The position numbers were made by a program, and so were the translations under genes. Below, piece by piece: positions 17,227 through 27,057 of a DNA stretch of 64,000 bases; positions within the stretch are counted from its first letter, which is position 1, and each line of letters opens with the position of its first letter. The stretch spans positions 67,358-131,357 of the forward strand of contig CALWPL010000002.1 of the NCBI GenBank assembly GCA_944383405.1, written 5' to 3'. The notes under the pieces were generated by a model. That model was not told the DNA's origin. It made no database searches and saw only the letters and a program-made list of their open reading frames with translations. This DNA is from an uncultured Clostridia bacterium. GTDB taxonomy: Bacteria; Bacillota; Clostridia; Christensenellales; UBA1242.

Positions 17227-19599
17227 ATGAAATATGTAAGAAATTATGAAGATTTTAAAAGGTATTCTTTTGAGTTTTTTGATAGTTTTCTTCCACAAGA
17301 TTTGTCGGAAGAAATGGTCAATAGTTTTTTATTAGACCTAGGGGACAAGGAGCAACTTGAAAGGCAGGCGTTGTCGTACATAAAGTTTCAACCACTTGAC
17401 CCAGTTGAAACGGCAGATTACGGGGAAGCGATTTTACAGTTAAATGATTATAGGTCGCTACTTAAAAAATTTGTTGAACTACTATTAAAGTCGAATTCGT
17501 ATGAAGCGTTATGTGCATTTTTAAATAGGATTTTTGTACCTGAAATTGGAGACGCAAAGTACCATAGTTATAAAAAAGACTATTCTATTGATGAAAGATA
17601 TTTTGATAGGTTTGTTGAGATTACAGAGTATTGCAAAATTGACAGAAGTTTATATACTCCTTTTTATGTTGCGATTTTAAATTCTGATTCTTCGTCTCCA
17701 ATGTTTATTTTTAAAGAACCATTAAAAGAGTATTTAGATATATTTTTAAAGGATAGTGGGGAAGATGACGAATTTATTTCGTCCCTTCTCGTTAGTGAAA
17801 GTAAAACAGGTATTGACGAGTATGCGAGTGTTAGTAGTACTAAGACTTTAAAGATGCTTCTTACTCAATATGCAAAGGAAGAACTTAATAATTCTACTAT
17901 AATAAAAAAGATTTTATTAAAAAATAAGCAGGAAGGGTTTAATATTATAGAAGAATTATTGAGTAGCGACGACGAGAGTGTTAGATTTAGGGCGGTTCAA
18001 ATGCTTGTTCTTATTAAAGAAGATAGGCGTGTTTTTGATAGGCTTAAATTTATTTATAAAAATAGTTTAGATGGTAAAATTAAAAGTTATCTTGAAAAGG
18101 AGTGCGGTTTTTCATCTCTAACTTACTTTGCGTCAAAAGAAGAATTTTTAGACTATGTTGACAGGACTGTCAATCAGATTCAAGAAAGGCTTTTTGGGGC
18201 AAGGTTAAAAAGATATTATGAAGAGTACAAACTTGACAACTCAGGGATAAGTGGCAAGATTTTGACTTTCATAATGGATTTTTTCAAAAGTAAAGATTTA
18301 GATGTTCAACTTGGGAACCTTAAAACTTATTTTAAATATGTTGATAGTGATATTTTAAGCAAACTTGCAAGAGTGGTTTTTGAAGTGGCGGTTTACCGTG
18401 ATAGGTTGCAGGCTAGCAAGTGGTCGTTAAGGCTTATTGCTGTGTTTGGGGACAGTGAGTTAATTGGAAAAATGACTGATATTTTAAAAAGTTGGAGTAT
18501 GAATAGTTCAAAAGAAGCGTACACTAAGTATTTCATTGAACTTTTAATGCTTGCAAAAAGAGAAGAAGTAATTGATGTAGTTAAAGAACTTTTAAAACTA
18601 GATTTAAGTAATAAACAGAAAAAGTTTTTAAATAATATTCTAGTTAATTATTCCTTGACCACTAATCAGAATATTGAAGAAGTCAATGACAAATTAGTTG
18701 ATGATTTTGGCTTTGATAAAAGCGGAAGCAAGGAAATAGAACTTAAAAATAAGATTATAAAAATTCAAATAAATGTTGATTGCTCCTTATCCCTTATAAA
18801 TGTTAAAACTGGGAAAAAGGCAAGAATTAGAACGCAAGATACTATTGATGGGGAAAACTTAAAAGCCTATTTAAAAAGGCTTCAAAAAGAAGTTAAAAAG
18901 CAAAAAAAGAGATTGTATTCGGCTTTCCTTGAATTTAGGCGTTATGATTTGGAAAGTTTTAAGGAGTGTATTTTAGATAATAACTTACTTAATTTCCTTT
19001 CTCAAAATCTCATTTGGGCAAGGTATAAAAATGATAAACTCGTTGAAGTGTGCAAACTTGAACAGGATAATTTGGTGCACTTGGCTGGCAATTTAGTTAT
19101 TGAAAATTTTGATGAATATCTAATTGCACTCCTTCAGCCTATGGATGCTAGTGAATACAAAAATAATTTAAAGGGTAGATTTAATACTCTATTTGACCAA
19201 TTTGATTTGCCAATTTTCTTGCCAAGCGAACTTGCTCTTAATATGTCTTATGTCGGAGACCTTAGCGGAACTTTCTGTAATGCAAAATTGTTTATTACTA
19301 GACTCCAAAAATTAAAATATAAAATCAATGACCTTGACGCAAAAAATGAGTTTAGTATGCTTTGTAAAGAAAATAAAAATTTGGGAATCCTTACTGCTGT
19401 TGAGTTTGAAAAGGTAAATTTGCATAATCTTGATTGTAGTACTACCTTATCAAAAGTTGTTTTCTATAACCTAAATAAACTAACTAAAAATGGTAAAAAC
19501 TATAACCTAGATATGCATGAGGCTATTGTTTTAAAGGATATTAATTCAAGAGTTCTAAGTAATGAACTCGCGCTTATAATGCTCGCTTGTAAAAACTAG
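17227..19599 (+). CDS. Large cytoplasmic hypothetical protein (790 aa); the C-terminal third is possibly DUF4132-like
   Basis: Long clean ORF with an SD (AAGGAAAAAGAG) and no TM segment. It has a HEAT-like segment (ESVRFRAVQMLVLIKED). The C-terminus LIWARYKND...FDQFDLPIF reminds me of DUF4132/MolR-type proteins. This is from memory only and is unverified. Confidence 0.8.
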   Translation: MKYVRNYEDFKRYSFEFFDSFLPQDLSEEMVNSFLLDLGDKEQLERQALSYIKFQPLDPVETADYGEAILQLNDYRSLLKKFVELLLKSNSYEALCAFLNRIFVPEIGDAKYHSYKKDYSIDERYFDRFVEITEYCKIDRSLYTPFYVAILNSDSSSPMFIFKEPLKEYLDIFLKDSGEDDEFISSLLVSESKTGIDEYASVSSTKTLKMLLTQYAKEELNNSTIIKKILLKNKQEGFNIIEELLSSDDESVRFRAVQMLVLIKEDRRVFDRLKFIYKNSLDGKIKSYLEKECGFSSLTYFASKEEFLDYVDRTVNQIQERLFGARLKRYYEEYKLDNSGISGKILTFIMDFFKSKDLDVQLGNLKTYFKYVDSDILSKLARVVFEVAVYRDRLQASKWSLRLIAVFGDSELIGKMTDILKSWSMNSSKEAYTKYFIELLMLAKREEVIDVVKELLKLDLSNKQKKFLNNILVNYSLTTNQNIEEVNDKLVDDFGFDKSGSKEIELKNKIIKIQINVDCSLSLINVKTGKKARIRTQDTIDGENLKAYLKRLQKEVKKQKKRLYSAFLEFRRYDLESFKECILDNNLLNFLSQNLIWARYKNDKLVEVCKLEQDNLVHLAGNLVIENFDEYLIALLQPMDASEYKNNLKGRFNTLFDQFDLPIFLPSELALNMSYVGDLSGTFCNAKLFITRLQKLKYKINDLDAKNEFSMLCKENKNLGILTAVEFEKVNLHNLDCSTTLSKVVFYNLNKLTKNGKNYNLDMHEAIVLKDINSRVLSNELALIMLACKN

Positions 19600-19997
19600 T
19601 TTAGGAGATTAAAAGATAAATAAGTTTTAATATTAAAATAAAAGGGTAGTATTTTAAATTTATAAATACTCTCTTTTTTTATGTTGTTAGTTATAAAATA
19701 GTAAATTTATATGATAAATTAAATTTTTTAAACGAATAATATAATAGGAAATTATTAAAATTAGTTACTTTTATTTATATTTTATTGACATTACCTTTAA
19801 ATTTGTTTGCAACAATAATGGGAAAATGGTAAAATGTTGACGAAAAGTTAGTGGATTTTAGTTTATAACTAATTTTAAAAGGGTAGTTACTTATTAAGTA
19901 AGGTTTCAATATTCAATAAAAAACTAAGTAAAAAAGGCTTATAAATAAAAGATGGATAAAGAAGCAAAATAATATCAATAAAGGGGATTTTAAACAC

Positions 19998-22900
19998 ATG
20001 ACAATGAAAAAACAAATACTCATATCAACATTTTTTATATTACTATCCCTTAGTCTATTTGTAATATCAATTTACATAGCCTTGTCAGCCATGAATCACA
20101 GTTTTAATAGTAGTGTAAATATTTATTATGAAGCACCAATAAATGTAGCATTAAATTTAGTTAATAATGAAGGTAGCAATATTACAGAAGATAATGTAAG
20201 TATTGTTCTTAATCCAGAGGATATAACAGAGTTTAGAATAGACGGAGTTGTACCAGAGATAGTAGATGGGACAACTACTAATTTGGATGATATAACAAAT
20301 AGTAATAATCAGGAGTTTTACTATTTTTCAACCGTACCACAAGATAGTAGTGGTAATGTAATAACAGGTAGTAGTGGAATAGAAACAGCAAGTAGTGTTA
20401 TGTCAAGTGAAAACTTGCAGACAGTTTCAGACGAACTTACATATACAGATAAAGAAAATGCAAATATATTTGCACAAAGATATTATGTGTCAACAGCACA
20501 GAATCCTGTTTGGTATGAAATGCCAAGTGAGATGACACAACTATATTCAACCTTTTTAACGCCAAATTTAACAGATTTTGCAGATGGACAAAGTATAAGC
20601 GGAGATGTAGTAATTTCTCATAGCCTAAATGGTAGTATTACAGATAGAGCATTTTATCAAAATAGAACAATTACAAGTGTTGTCATACCAAATACTATAA
20701 CAAATATAGGGGAATATAGTTTTAATTATAATTATATTTTGTCAAATGTAGTACTCCCAAGTAGCTTAACAAGTATAGGTTCTTATGCTTTTAATTCTTG
20801 TTGCGGGCTTAGTAATATAGTAATTCCAAATAATGTAACAAGTGTAGGAAGTAGTGCGTTTCGATATTGTTACAAATTAGTTGAGATATATAATTTAAGT
20901 AGTCTAAATATAAGGCTAAATAATAGTAGCAATGGTTACGCAGGATATTATGCAGATTATGTATATAATACTTCCACTCCATCAGGAAAACAGTTTATTG
21001 TTGATAACGGATATGTAATGTATAACGATAATGATAGTTATTATTTACTTGGCTATATAGGGAATGAAACAGAACTAATACTTCCAACAACAACTTATAA
21101 CTATGAGATATATGAATATGCATTTTATAATAATACAAATATAACGGGTGTAACATTTTCTAGTAGTATAACAAGTATAGGTTCTTCTGCATTTAGAAGT
21201 TGTAGCAATCTAAATGGAACACTTAGTCTTCCAAGTACACTAACAAGTATAAGTAATTATGCATTTTATAATTGTAGTAGCCTAACAGGGAATCTAGTCA
21301 TCCCAGAAGGGGTAACAAGTATAGGTTCTTGTGCATTTGATGGTTGTAGTAGTCTAAATGGGACATTGACACTCCCAAGTACATTAACAAGCATAGGCAA
21401 TGATGCATTTGAAGGTTGTAGTAATCTAACAGGAAATCTAGCCATCCCAGAAGAGGTAACAAGTATAGGTACTTCTGCATTTTCTGGTTGTAGTAGTTTA
21501 AATGGTACATTGACACTCCCAAGTACACTAACAAGTATAGGCAATTCTGCATTTAGAAGTTGTAGTAGTCTAACAGGAAATCTATTCATCCCAGAAGGGG
21601 TAACAAGTATAAGTAATTATGCATTTGATGGTTGTAGCAATCTAAATGGAACACTTAGTCTTCCAAGTACACTAACAAGTATAGGCACTTATGCATTTTA
21701 TGATTGTAGTAGCCTAACAGGGAATCTAGTCATCCCAGAAGGGGTAACAAGTATAGGCAATAGGGCATTTTATAATTGTAGCAGTCTAACAGGGGATTTA
21801 GTCATCCCAGAAGGGGTAACAAGTATAGGCACTTATGCATTTTATAATTGTAGTAGTCTAAATGGAACACTTAGTCTTCCAAGTACATTAACAAGTATAG
21901 GGGATTTTGCATTTTATTATTGTAGTAGTCTAACAGGGAATCTAGTCATCCCAGAAGGAGTAACAAGTATAGGAAATTATGCATTTTATAATTGTAGTAG
22001 TCTAAATGGAACATTGACACTCCCAAGTACACTTACAAGTATAGGAGATGATGCATTTAGAAATTGTAGTAATCTAACAGGGGATTTAGTCATTCCAGAA
22101 GGGGTAACAAGTATAGGCTTTCGCGCATTTTATGGTTGCAGTAGTCTAAATGGGACATTGACACTCCCAAGTACACTAACAAGTATAGGAGAGGGAGTAT
22201 TTTATGATTGTAGTAGCCTAACAGGGAATTTAGTCATTCCAGAAGGCGTAACAAGTATAGGCGCTTCTGCATTTTCTGGTTGTAGTAATCTAACAGGGAA
22301 TTTAGTCATCCCAGAAGGGGTAACAAGTATAGGAGAGTATGCATTTATAGATTGTAGTAGTCTTGAAAGTATTATAATTCCAGAAGGGATAACAAGTATA
22401 GGGTCAAACGCATTTTCTGGTTGTATTCGTTTAAGGATTTATTGTGAAGTGGCAAGTCAACCTAATGGATGGAGTAGTAATTGGAATTATTCAAATAGAC
22501 CTGTATACTGGGCGGGGGAATGGCATTATGAGAATGGAGTGCCGGTAGCCAATAGCGTTAATCTAAGTTTTGTAAACAATGAAGGTAGTCAGATAAATAA
22601 TAGTACAACAAAAGTAGTGTTTAATGAAGATTACACTAAATTTAGGATAGATGGTATTGTACCTGAGACTAGTACTGGGGTAACAAGTAACCTAGCAGAA
22701 TTAACAAGCACTAGTGGGCAAGAGTTTTATTTCTTTTCAAGTGTTAGTGATTGGGATGTAACAACTGATGATTTTGATAGATACTATGTATCAACAGAAG
22801 CAAATCCAATATGGTATGATGTGCCAAGCGAACAAACAACATTATATTCAATTTTCTTAACGCCGAATTGTACAGATGGGACTAGAAATACAGCGGGAAG

Positions 22901-23330
22901 CAATACAGATATAATTGTTTCGCATAGTGTTGCAAGTATTCCAAGTCAAGCATTTATGGGTAGTCGAGTAGAAATTATTTTATTACCAAACAGCATTACA
23001 AATATTGGGCAAAGTGCATTTTATATGTGTAGTACGCTTGTAAATATTATGTTGACAAACAATATAGTAAGTATAGAGCAAGATGCATTTTCATATTGTA
23101 CTAATTTAGAAAGTATAGTAATTCCAAATAGTGTAACTGATATAGAAAATTATGCTTTTGATGCTTGCAGTATCCTATCAATATATTGTGAAAGCAATAG
23201 CAAACTAAGTGGTTGGGATTTGTTTTGGAATTACGAAAACTGTCCTGTTTACTGGGCGGGAGAGTGGAGTTACCAAAATGGGGTGCCGGTACCAAATAGC
23301 AGCAGTGGTGATAATGCTGACGGAAATTAA
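19998..23330 (+). CDS. BspA-type leucine-rich-repeat surface protein (1110 aa) with an N-terminal membrane anchor/signal
   Basis: The N-terminus has the hydrophobic helix ILISTFFILLSLSLFVISIYIAL. More than 25 copies of a 23-aa LRR follow (IPEGVTSIGxxAFxxCSSLTGNL / LPSTLTSIGxxAF..). Two copies of a WNYxNxPVYWAGEWxYxNGVPV cap are present. Confidence 0.9.
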   Translation: MTMKKQILISTFFILLSLSLFVISIYIALSAMNHSFNSSVNIYYEAPINVALNLVNNEGSNITEDNVSIVLNPEDITEFRIDGVVPEIVDGTTTNLDDITNSNNQEFYYFSTVPQDSSGNVITGSSGIETASSVMSSENLQTVSDELTYTDKENANIFAQRYYVSTAQNPVWYEMPSEMTQLYSTFLTPNLTDFADGQSISGDVVISHSLNGSITDRAFYQNRTITSVVIPNTITNIGEYSFNYNYILSNVVLPSSLTSIGSYAFNSCCGLSNIVIPNNVTSVGSSAFRYCYKLVEIYNLSSLNIRLNNSSNGYAGYYADYVYNTSTPSGKQFIVDNGYVMYNDNDSYYLLGYIGNETELILPTTTYNYEIYEYAFYNNTNITGVTFSSSITSIGSSAFRSCSNLNGTLSLPSTLTSISNYAFYNCSSLTGNLVIPEGVTSIGSCAFDGCSSLNGTLTLPSTLTSIGNDAFEGCSNLTGNLAIPEEVTSIGTSAFSGCSSLNGTLTLPSTLTSIGNSAFRSCSSLTGNLFIPEGVTSISNYAFDGCSNLNGTLSLPSTLTSIGTYAFYDCSSLTGNLVIPEGVTSIGNRAFYNCSSLTGDLVIPEGVTSIGTYAFYNCSSLNGTLSLPSTLTSIGDFAFYYCSSLTGNLVIPEGVTSIGNYAFYNCSSLNGTLTLPSTLTSIGDDAFRNCSNLTGDLVIPEGVTSIGFRAFYGCSSLNGTLTLPSTLTSIGEGVFYDCSSLTGNLVIPEGVTSIGASAFSGCSNLTGNLVIPEGVTSIGEYAFIDCSSLESIIIPEGITSIGSNAFSGCIRLRIYCEVASQPNGWSSNWNYSNRPVYWAGEWHYENGVPVANSVNLSFVNNEGSQINNSTTKVVFNEDYTKFRIDGIVPETSTGVTSNLAELTSTSGQEFYFFSSVSDWDVTTDDFDRYYVSTEANPIWYDVPSEQTTLYSIFLTPNCTDGTRNTAGSNTDIIVSHSVASIPSQAFMGSRVEIILLPNSITNIGQSAFYMCSTLVNIMLTNNIVSIEQDAFSYCTNLESIVIPNSVTDIENYAFDACSILSIYCESNSKLSGWDLFWNYENCPVYWAGEWSYQNGVPVPNSSSGDNADGN
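21141..22433 (+). repeat. About 18 near-identical tandem 69-bp (23-aa) LRR units, largely alternating in a 138-bp super-period
   Basis: ccagaaggggtaacaagtataggc and ccaagtacactaacaagtatagg recur every 69 bp with very high nucleotide identity. Confidence 0.95.
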
Positions 23331-23601
23331 ATGGTTTTGTTATTAAAAAAATTAATATTTAAGATAAAAAAGGGGAGTTAAAATTAAAATTCCTTTTTTG
23401 GTATTTGTTTAAAGTAAATTTTATTATGATTTTTATTTGATTGCTTTTAGTGGAAAGGGGAAAAGTAGTTTTAATGTTTATAAAGGAGATAAGGTAAAAA
23501 TAAAGAGAGTTAAAAAAATAGTTAAAAGCATAAATACTTTTCTTGAAAAATAGCAAAAATAGGGGGTTTATTTTTATAAAAGGGTGTGATATAATTTAGG
23601 C

Positions 23602-24600
23602 ATGGAAAAGATGCTTGGGATAACAGGGTTTGGAATATTTGGGATAGTATTTGGGGTTATTTGTATAATAGCGCTAATATTATTTTGCGTACTTGTACCA
23701 ATTAGAGAGTATTTTAAGTGTTTATTTTCTAGTGCACGCATTGGGGCGTTTAGGTTAAGAGCCATGAAAGTTAGGGGGCTACCTTACAAGATGATAAGTG
23801 AGTGGTACATATATGCAAAGAAATCTGGGTTAAATTTACCGCTGGACGAACTGGAAGTACATTTTGCGAGTGGTGGAAATTTACAGAATGTTGTACTAGG
23901 GCTAGTGCAGGCAAAGAATGCATGTGTTAGTTTATCTTTTGACACGGCAAAGGCGCTTGACCTTGAAGGGAGAGACATAAAGCAGATTGTTGACGAGACG
24001 ATAAACACGCGAGTTATTAGTACTGGGGAATTTAGAACGGTATCTATTGATAATAAAGAAATTATTTTTGAAGTAAACATAAGTATTAAGACAAAACTAG
24101 ATAATTATCTTAAAGGGTTAAAAGAGGACACTATTATTTCAAGAGTCAAAGAAAGCATAATTTGTTCGGTTGCAGGGGAAGAAAGTGGGGATATAGTAAA
24201 AAATGCCGATGTTTTTACTAAGACAGCCCTTGTAAAAAAACTTGACAAAGATAGTTGTTTTAAAATAGTTGATATAAGCGTTGCTAGTGTAAAAATAGGA
24301 AAAGACTACGAATATGAAAAGGTATTGCAAGAAAATGAACACAGGGGGCAAATGCAACTAATTGAAATTGATAGAGAAAGGGCGCAGGCACAACTTGAAG
24401 AGCAGAAATTAAAGAACAAAGTTCAGGAAGAAAAACTTAGAAGGGCAAAACTTGAAAGTGATATGGTAGAGAAGGTAAATAACATGGTTGAAGAAGGCAA
24501 GATGGACATGGTTGAGTACTACAAACTTCAAAACCTTATGGCAGATACAAATATGAGAAACTCAATTTTATCAAGTCTAACAACAAAAAAAGATGCATAG
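23602..24600 (+). CDS. floA: Flotillin-like protein FloA (YqfA/UPF0365 family)
   Basis: 332 aa. After an N-terminal TM segment, ARIGAFRLRAMKVRGLPYKMI...HFASGGNLQNVVLGLVQAKNACVSLSFDTAKALDLEGRDI is collinear with B. subtilis FloA as I recall it (GMRLRRV...YLAGGNVDRVVNALIAA...AAIDLAGRDV). Confidence 0.85.
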   Translation: MEKMLGITGFGIFGIVFGVICIIALILFCVLVPIREYFKCLFSSARIGAFRLRAMKVRGLPYKMISEWYIYAKKSGLNLPLDELEVHFASGGNLQNVVLGLVQAKNACVSLSFDTAKALDLEGRDIKQIVDETINTRVISTGEFRTVSIDNKEIIFEVNISIKTKLDNYLKGLKEDTIISRVKESIICSVAGEESGDIVKNADVFTKTALVKKLDKDSCFKIVDISVASVKIGKDYEYEKVLQENEHRGQMQLIEIDRERAQAQLEEQKLKNKVQEEKLRRAKLESDMVEKVNNMVEEGKMDMVEYYKLQNLMADTNMRNSILSSLTTKKDA

Positions 24601-24773
24601 AGATATTATAGAAATATAGTTTAAAAATATTTTTTAGCACATACAAACGACCATAAAAGCAATTTTAAAATATATTAAACACATTAAATTTGAAATATAA
24701 AGAATAAATTAAAATGTAAAAAAACAAATTAAAATATAAAAAAGACAATAAAATAAAAAAAGGGGGTATAAAA

Positions 24774-25397
24774 ATGGATGAAAGTACAATAAAAATAGTA
24801 ATTATTGTATGTGTTATAATTTTTATACTCTCATTTTGCTTATTATATTTTAATTTAGTTAAAAAGTTTTTTATGTGGATATTTAATGGTATTAAAAAAT
24901 TTTTTAGTTTATTTAAGAAGAAAAGAAAGAAAAAAGCAGTTAAAGAAAGTAGCGACAGGGCACAAAAGAGCATTGTTCAAATTAGACCCATAATGCTTCC
25001 TGCACCTGAGAATAAGGAAAAAGAAGTTTTAAATGAAGCACAGGAAAAAGTTGTTAAAAGTAAGACTTTTACACTTGATGTAAACAGTGCAAAAAAGCAG
25101 TCAACTCTTGACAAGCAAAAACAGGAACTTATGAATTTAATTAATATGTCAAATGAAGCCCAAATTAGAAAAAACGAGAGTGAAAAGGGTGTTCAAAAGG
25201 TTGAAATCAATGACGATTTAGATTTAGAAGATGACGAATTAGGTCTTAGTGTAAGCGAAGATGATGAGATAATAAATAAGATTAAAGAAAATTCGACTGT
25301 TGAAGTTGATGGTGAAAAGATTGATTTAAGTCGTCTTCCACTGAACATTAGGAGACTTCTTTTAAGCGGGATACTTGATAGAAAAGATGATATTTAA
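24774..25397 (+). CDS. Hypothetical membrane-anchored protein with a charged, low-complexity tail
   Basis: Strong SD (AGGGGG). N-terminal TM helix, then a KKKRKKK patch and an acidic C-terminal region. Confidence 0.6.
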   Translation: MDESTIKIVIIVCVIIFILSFCLLYFNLVKKFFMWIFNGIKKFFSLFKKKRKKKAVKESSDRAQKSIVQIRPIMLPAPENKEKEVLNEAQEKVVKSKTFTLDVNSAKKQSTLDKQKQELMNLINMSNEAQIRKNESEKGVQKVEINDDLDLEDDELGLSVSEDDEIINKIKENSTVEVDGEKIDLSRLPLNIRRLLLSGILDRKDDI

Positions 25398-25802
25398 TGA
25401 GCAAAGGGAAATGGTTAATAAATTTTTAGACTAGTAAAGTAGAAAAAAGGAGTTTTACTTTTTTAAGGTAAACTCTTTTTTATTTACATAAAAAAATAAC
25501 TAACTAATATTTTTTAACCTAAAAATTAATTTTTGTAATTAAAAAAGATAAAAATACATAATAAAAGGAATATATTAAGTGTGATTTTATGATTAACAAA
25601 AAAATACTAATTGAAATTTTATATTTTTAAAAATAAAAACACAAATCCTATCTTTTAGATGTCAAAAGTTATAATTAAGCATTATTTTATGATAATATCA
25701 AGATAAAAATGATAAGTTAAATTTTATTTTGTTTTATTAATAATATTTGACTTTTGGGGAGATAATTTATATCATATAATATATGCTTAAAAGGAGACTG
25801 AC

Positions 25803-26489
25803 ATGGAGGGTTTATTTGTAAATGGACTAACTGATAGGCAGGCAAGTGTACTAGCACATTTTGTAAAAAATCTTGGGCTTAAAACGGACACTATGCATTA
25901 TTTTAAGACTGAACAATTTTTAGAAGACAAGAGTTCTATTGATGTTGTTGTTTTTGAGCCAACTGACGAGTTTGAGTACTATTTGATAACAACTACTGGG
26001 CTTAGTGCGTATCAATTTAGTCAAGATTTTGCCCCAGCGGAATTGTTTATGCTCCTTCCACCTTCTTGGAAGATGGATTTTGAAAAGGCAGAGTATGCGT
26101 GGCCTGTTTATTTTTTACAAGATATTGCTTATAACATTGTAGAAAATAAGATGTTTGTTTTTCCTTATCAAGTTTACAGGTCAAGTGAGAAAAAGTATCT
26201 TGCGGGTACTGATACTGTGGGTGGGGTTGTTGTTTTCCCAGAAATGCTTAATATTGAGATTTTAGAAGAAAAAATTTTTGACACATATACTAGATTTTTT
26301 CAACTTATGCCACTTAATAAGCAAGAACTTGCCAAGATTGATGATATTGGTGTAAAAGATTATGTTGATTTTGATTTACATGACGCTGATGGACCAAAAC
26401 TAGTTGTTAAAGAGCCAATGATAAAGAAAGGGGCAACGGCTATTGATAAGATTATTGAGCACAATGAGAACTCGCTTAAAGGGAAGTAG
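25803..26489 (+). CDS. Suppressor-of-fused (SUFU)-like domain protein (probable)
   Basis: The pattern VVVFEPTDEFEYYLITTTGLS...ELFMLLPPSWKM...WPVYFLQDIAYN resembles bacterial SUFU-family proteins. This is from memory and no search was run. Confidence 0.5.
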   Translation: MEGLFVNGLTDRQASVLAHFVKNLGLKTDTMHYFKTEQFLEDKSSIDVVVFEPTDEFEYYLITTTGLSAYQFSQDFAPAELFMLLPPSWKMDFEKAEYAWPVYFLQDIAYNIVENKMFVFPYQVYRSSEKKYLAGTDTVGGVVVFPEMLNIEILEEKIFDTYTRFFQLMPLNKQELAKIDDIGVKDYVDFDLHDADGPKLVVKEPMIKKGATAIDKIIEHNENSLKGK

Positions 26490-26499
26490 ATAGTAACAA

Positions 26500-26997
26500 A
26501 TGAGACGAATTTTAGGCATTGACCCTGGGTTTGCACTTGTGGGTTTTGGGGTTGTTGACGAGGACTTAGGAAGATATACAACTGTTGATTATGGGGTAAT
26601 TTCAACGCCAAAAGAAGAAAGATTTGCAATAAGGCTTGATACCATTTATAAGGGAGTATTATCTTTAATTGATACTTATAAGCCAGACGCTATTGCTATT
26701 GAAGAATTATTTTTTTTCAAAAATCAAAAAACTGTTATACCTGTTGCAGAAGCAAGGGGTGTTATAGTTCTTGCGGGAATTGAAAGAAAGGTTGAAATGT
26801 ATGAGTATACACCCCTTCAAATTAAGCAGGCGTTGACTGGGAATGGTAGGGCGGAGAAAAAGCAAATTCAGTTTATGGTAACAAATATTTTGGGGCTTGC
26901 AAAAATCCCAAAGCCTGATGACGCAGCAGATGCGGTGGCGGTCGCATTAACCCATCTTCAAACAAATGAAACTTTAAGTGATAATAGAATATTTTAA
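26500..26997 (+). CDS. ruvC: Holliday junction resolvase RuvC
   Basis: RILGIDPGFALVGFGVV and the C-terminal DAADAVAVALTH motif. Confidence 0.95.
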   Translation: MRRILGIDPGFALVGFGVVDEDLGRYTTVDYGVISTPKEERFAIRLDTIYKGVLSLIDTYKPDAIAIEELFFFKNQKTVIPVAEARGVIVLAGIERKVEMYEYTPLQIKQALTGNGRAEKKQIQFMVTNILGLAKIPKPDDAADAVAVALTHLQTNETLSDNRIF

Positions 26998-27057
26998 ATT
27001 TACGACTACTAGTAAATTGCGAACTTAACTCTTAAATTTTTTAGTAAAGGGGCAGAG

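Noticed and set aside
21266-21589. Minus-strand ORFs of 107 and 84 aa inside the LRR gene
   Set aside because: They are antisense read-through of the 69-bp repeats, so the peptides themselves are periodic. They lie entirely within a strongly supported plus-strand CDS.
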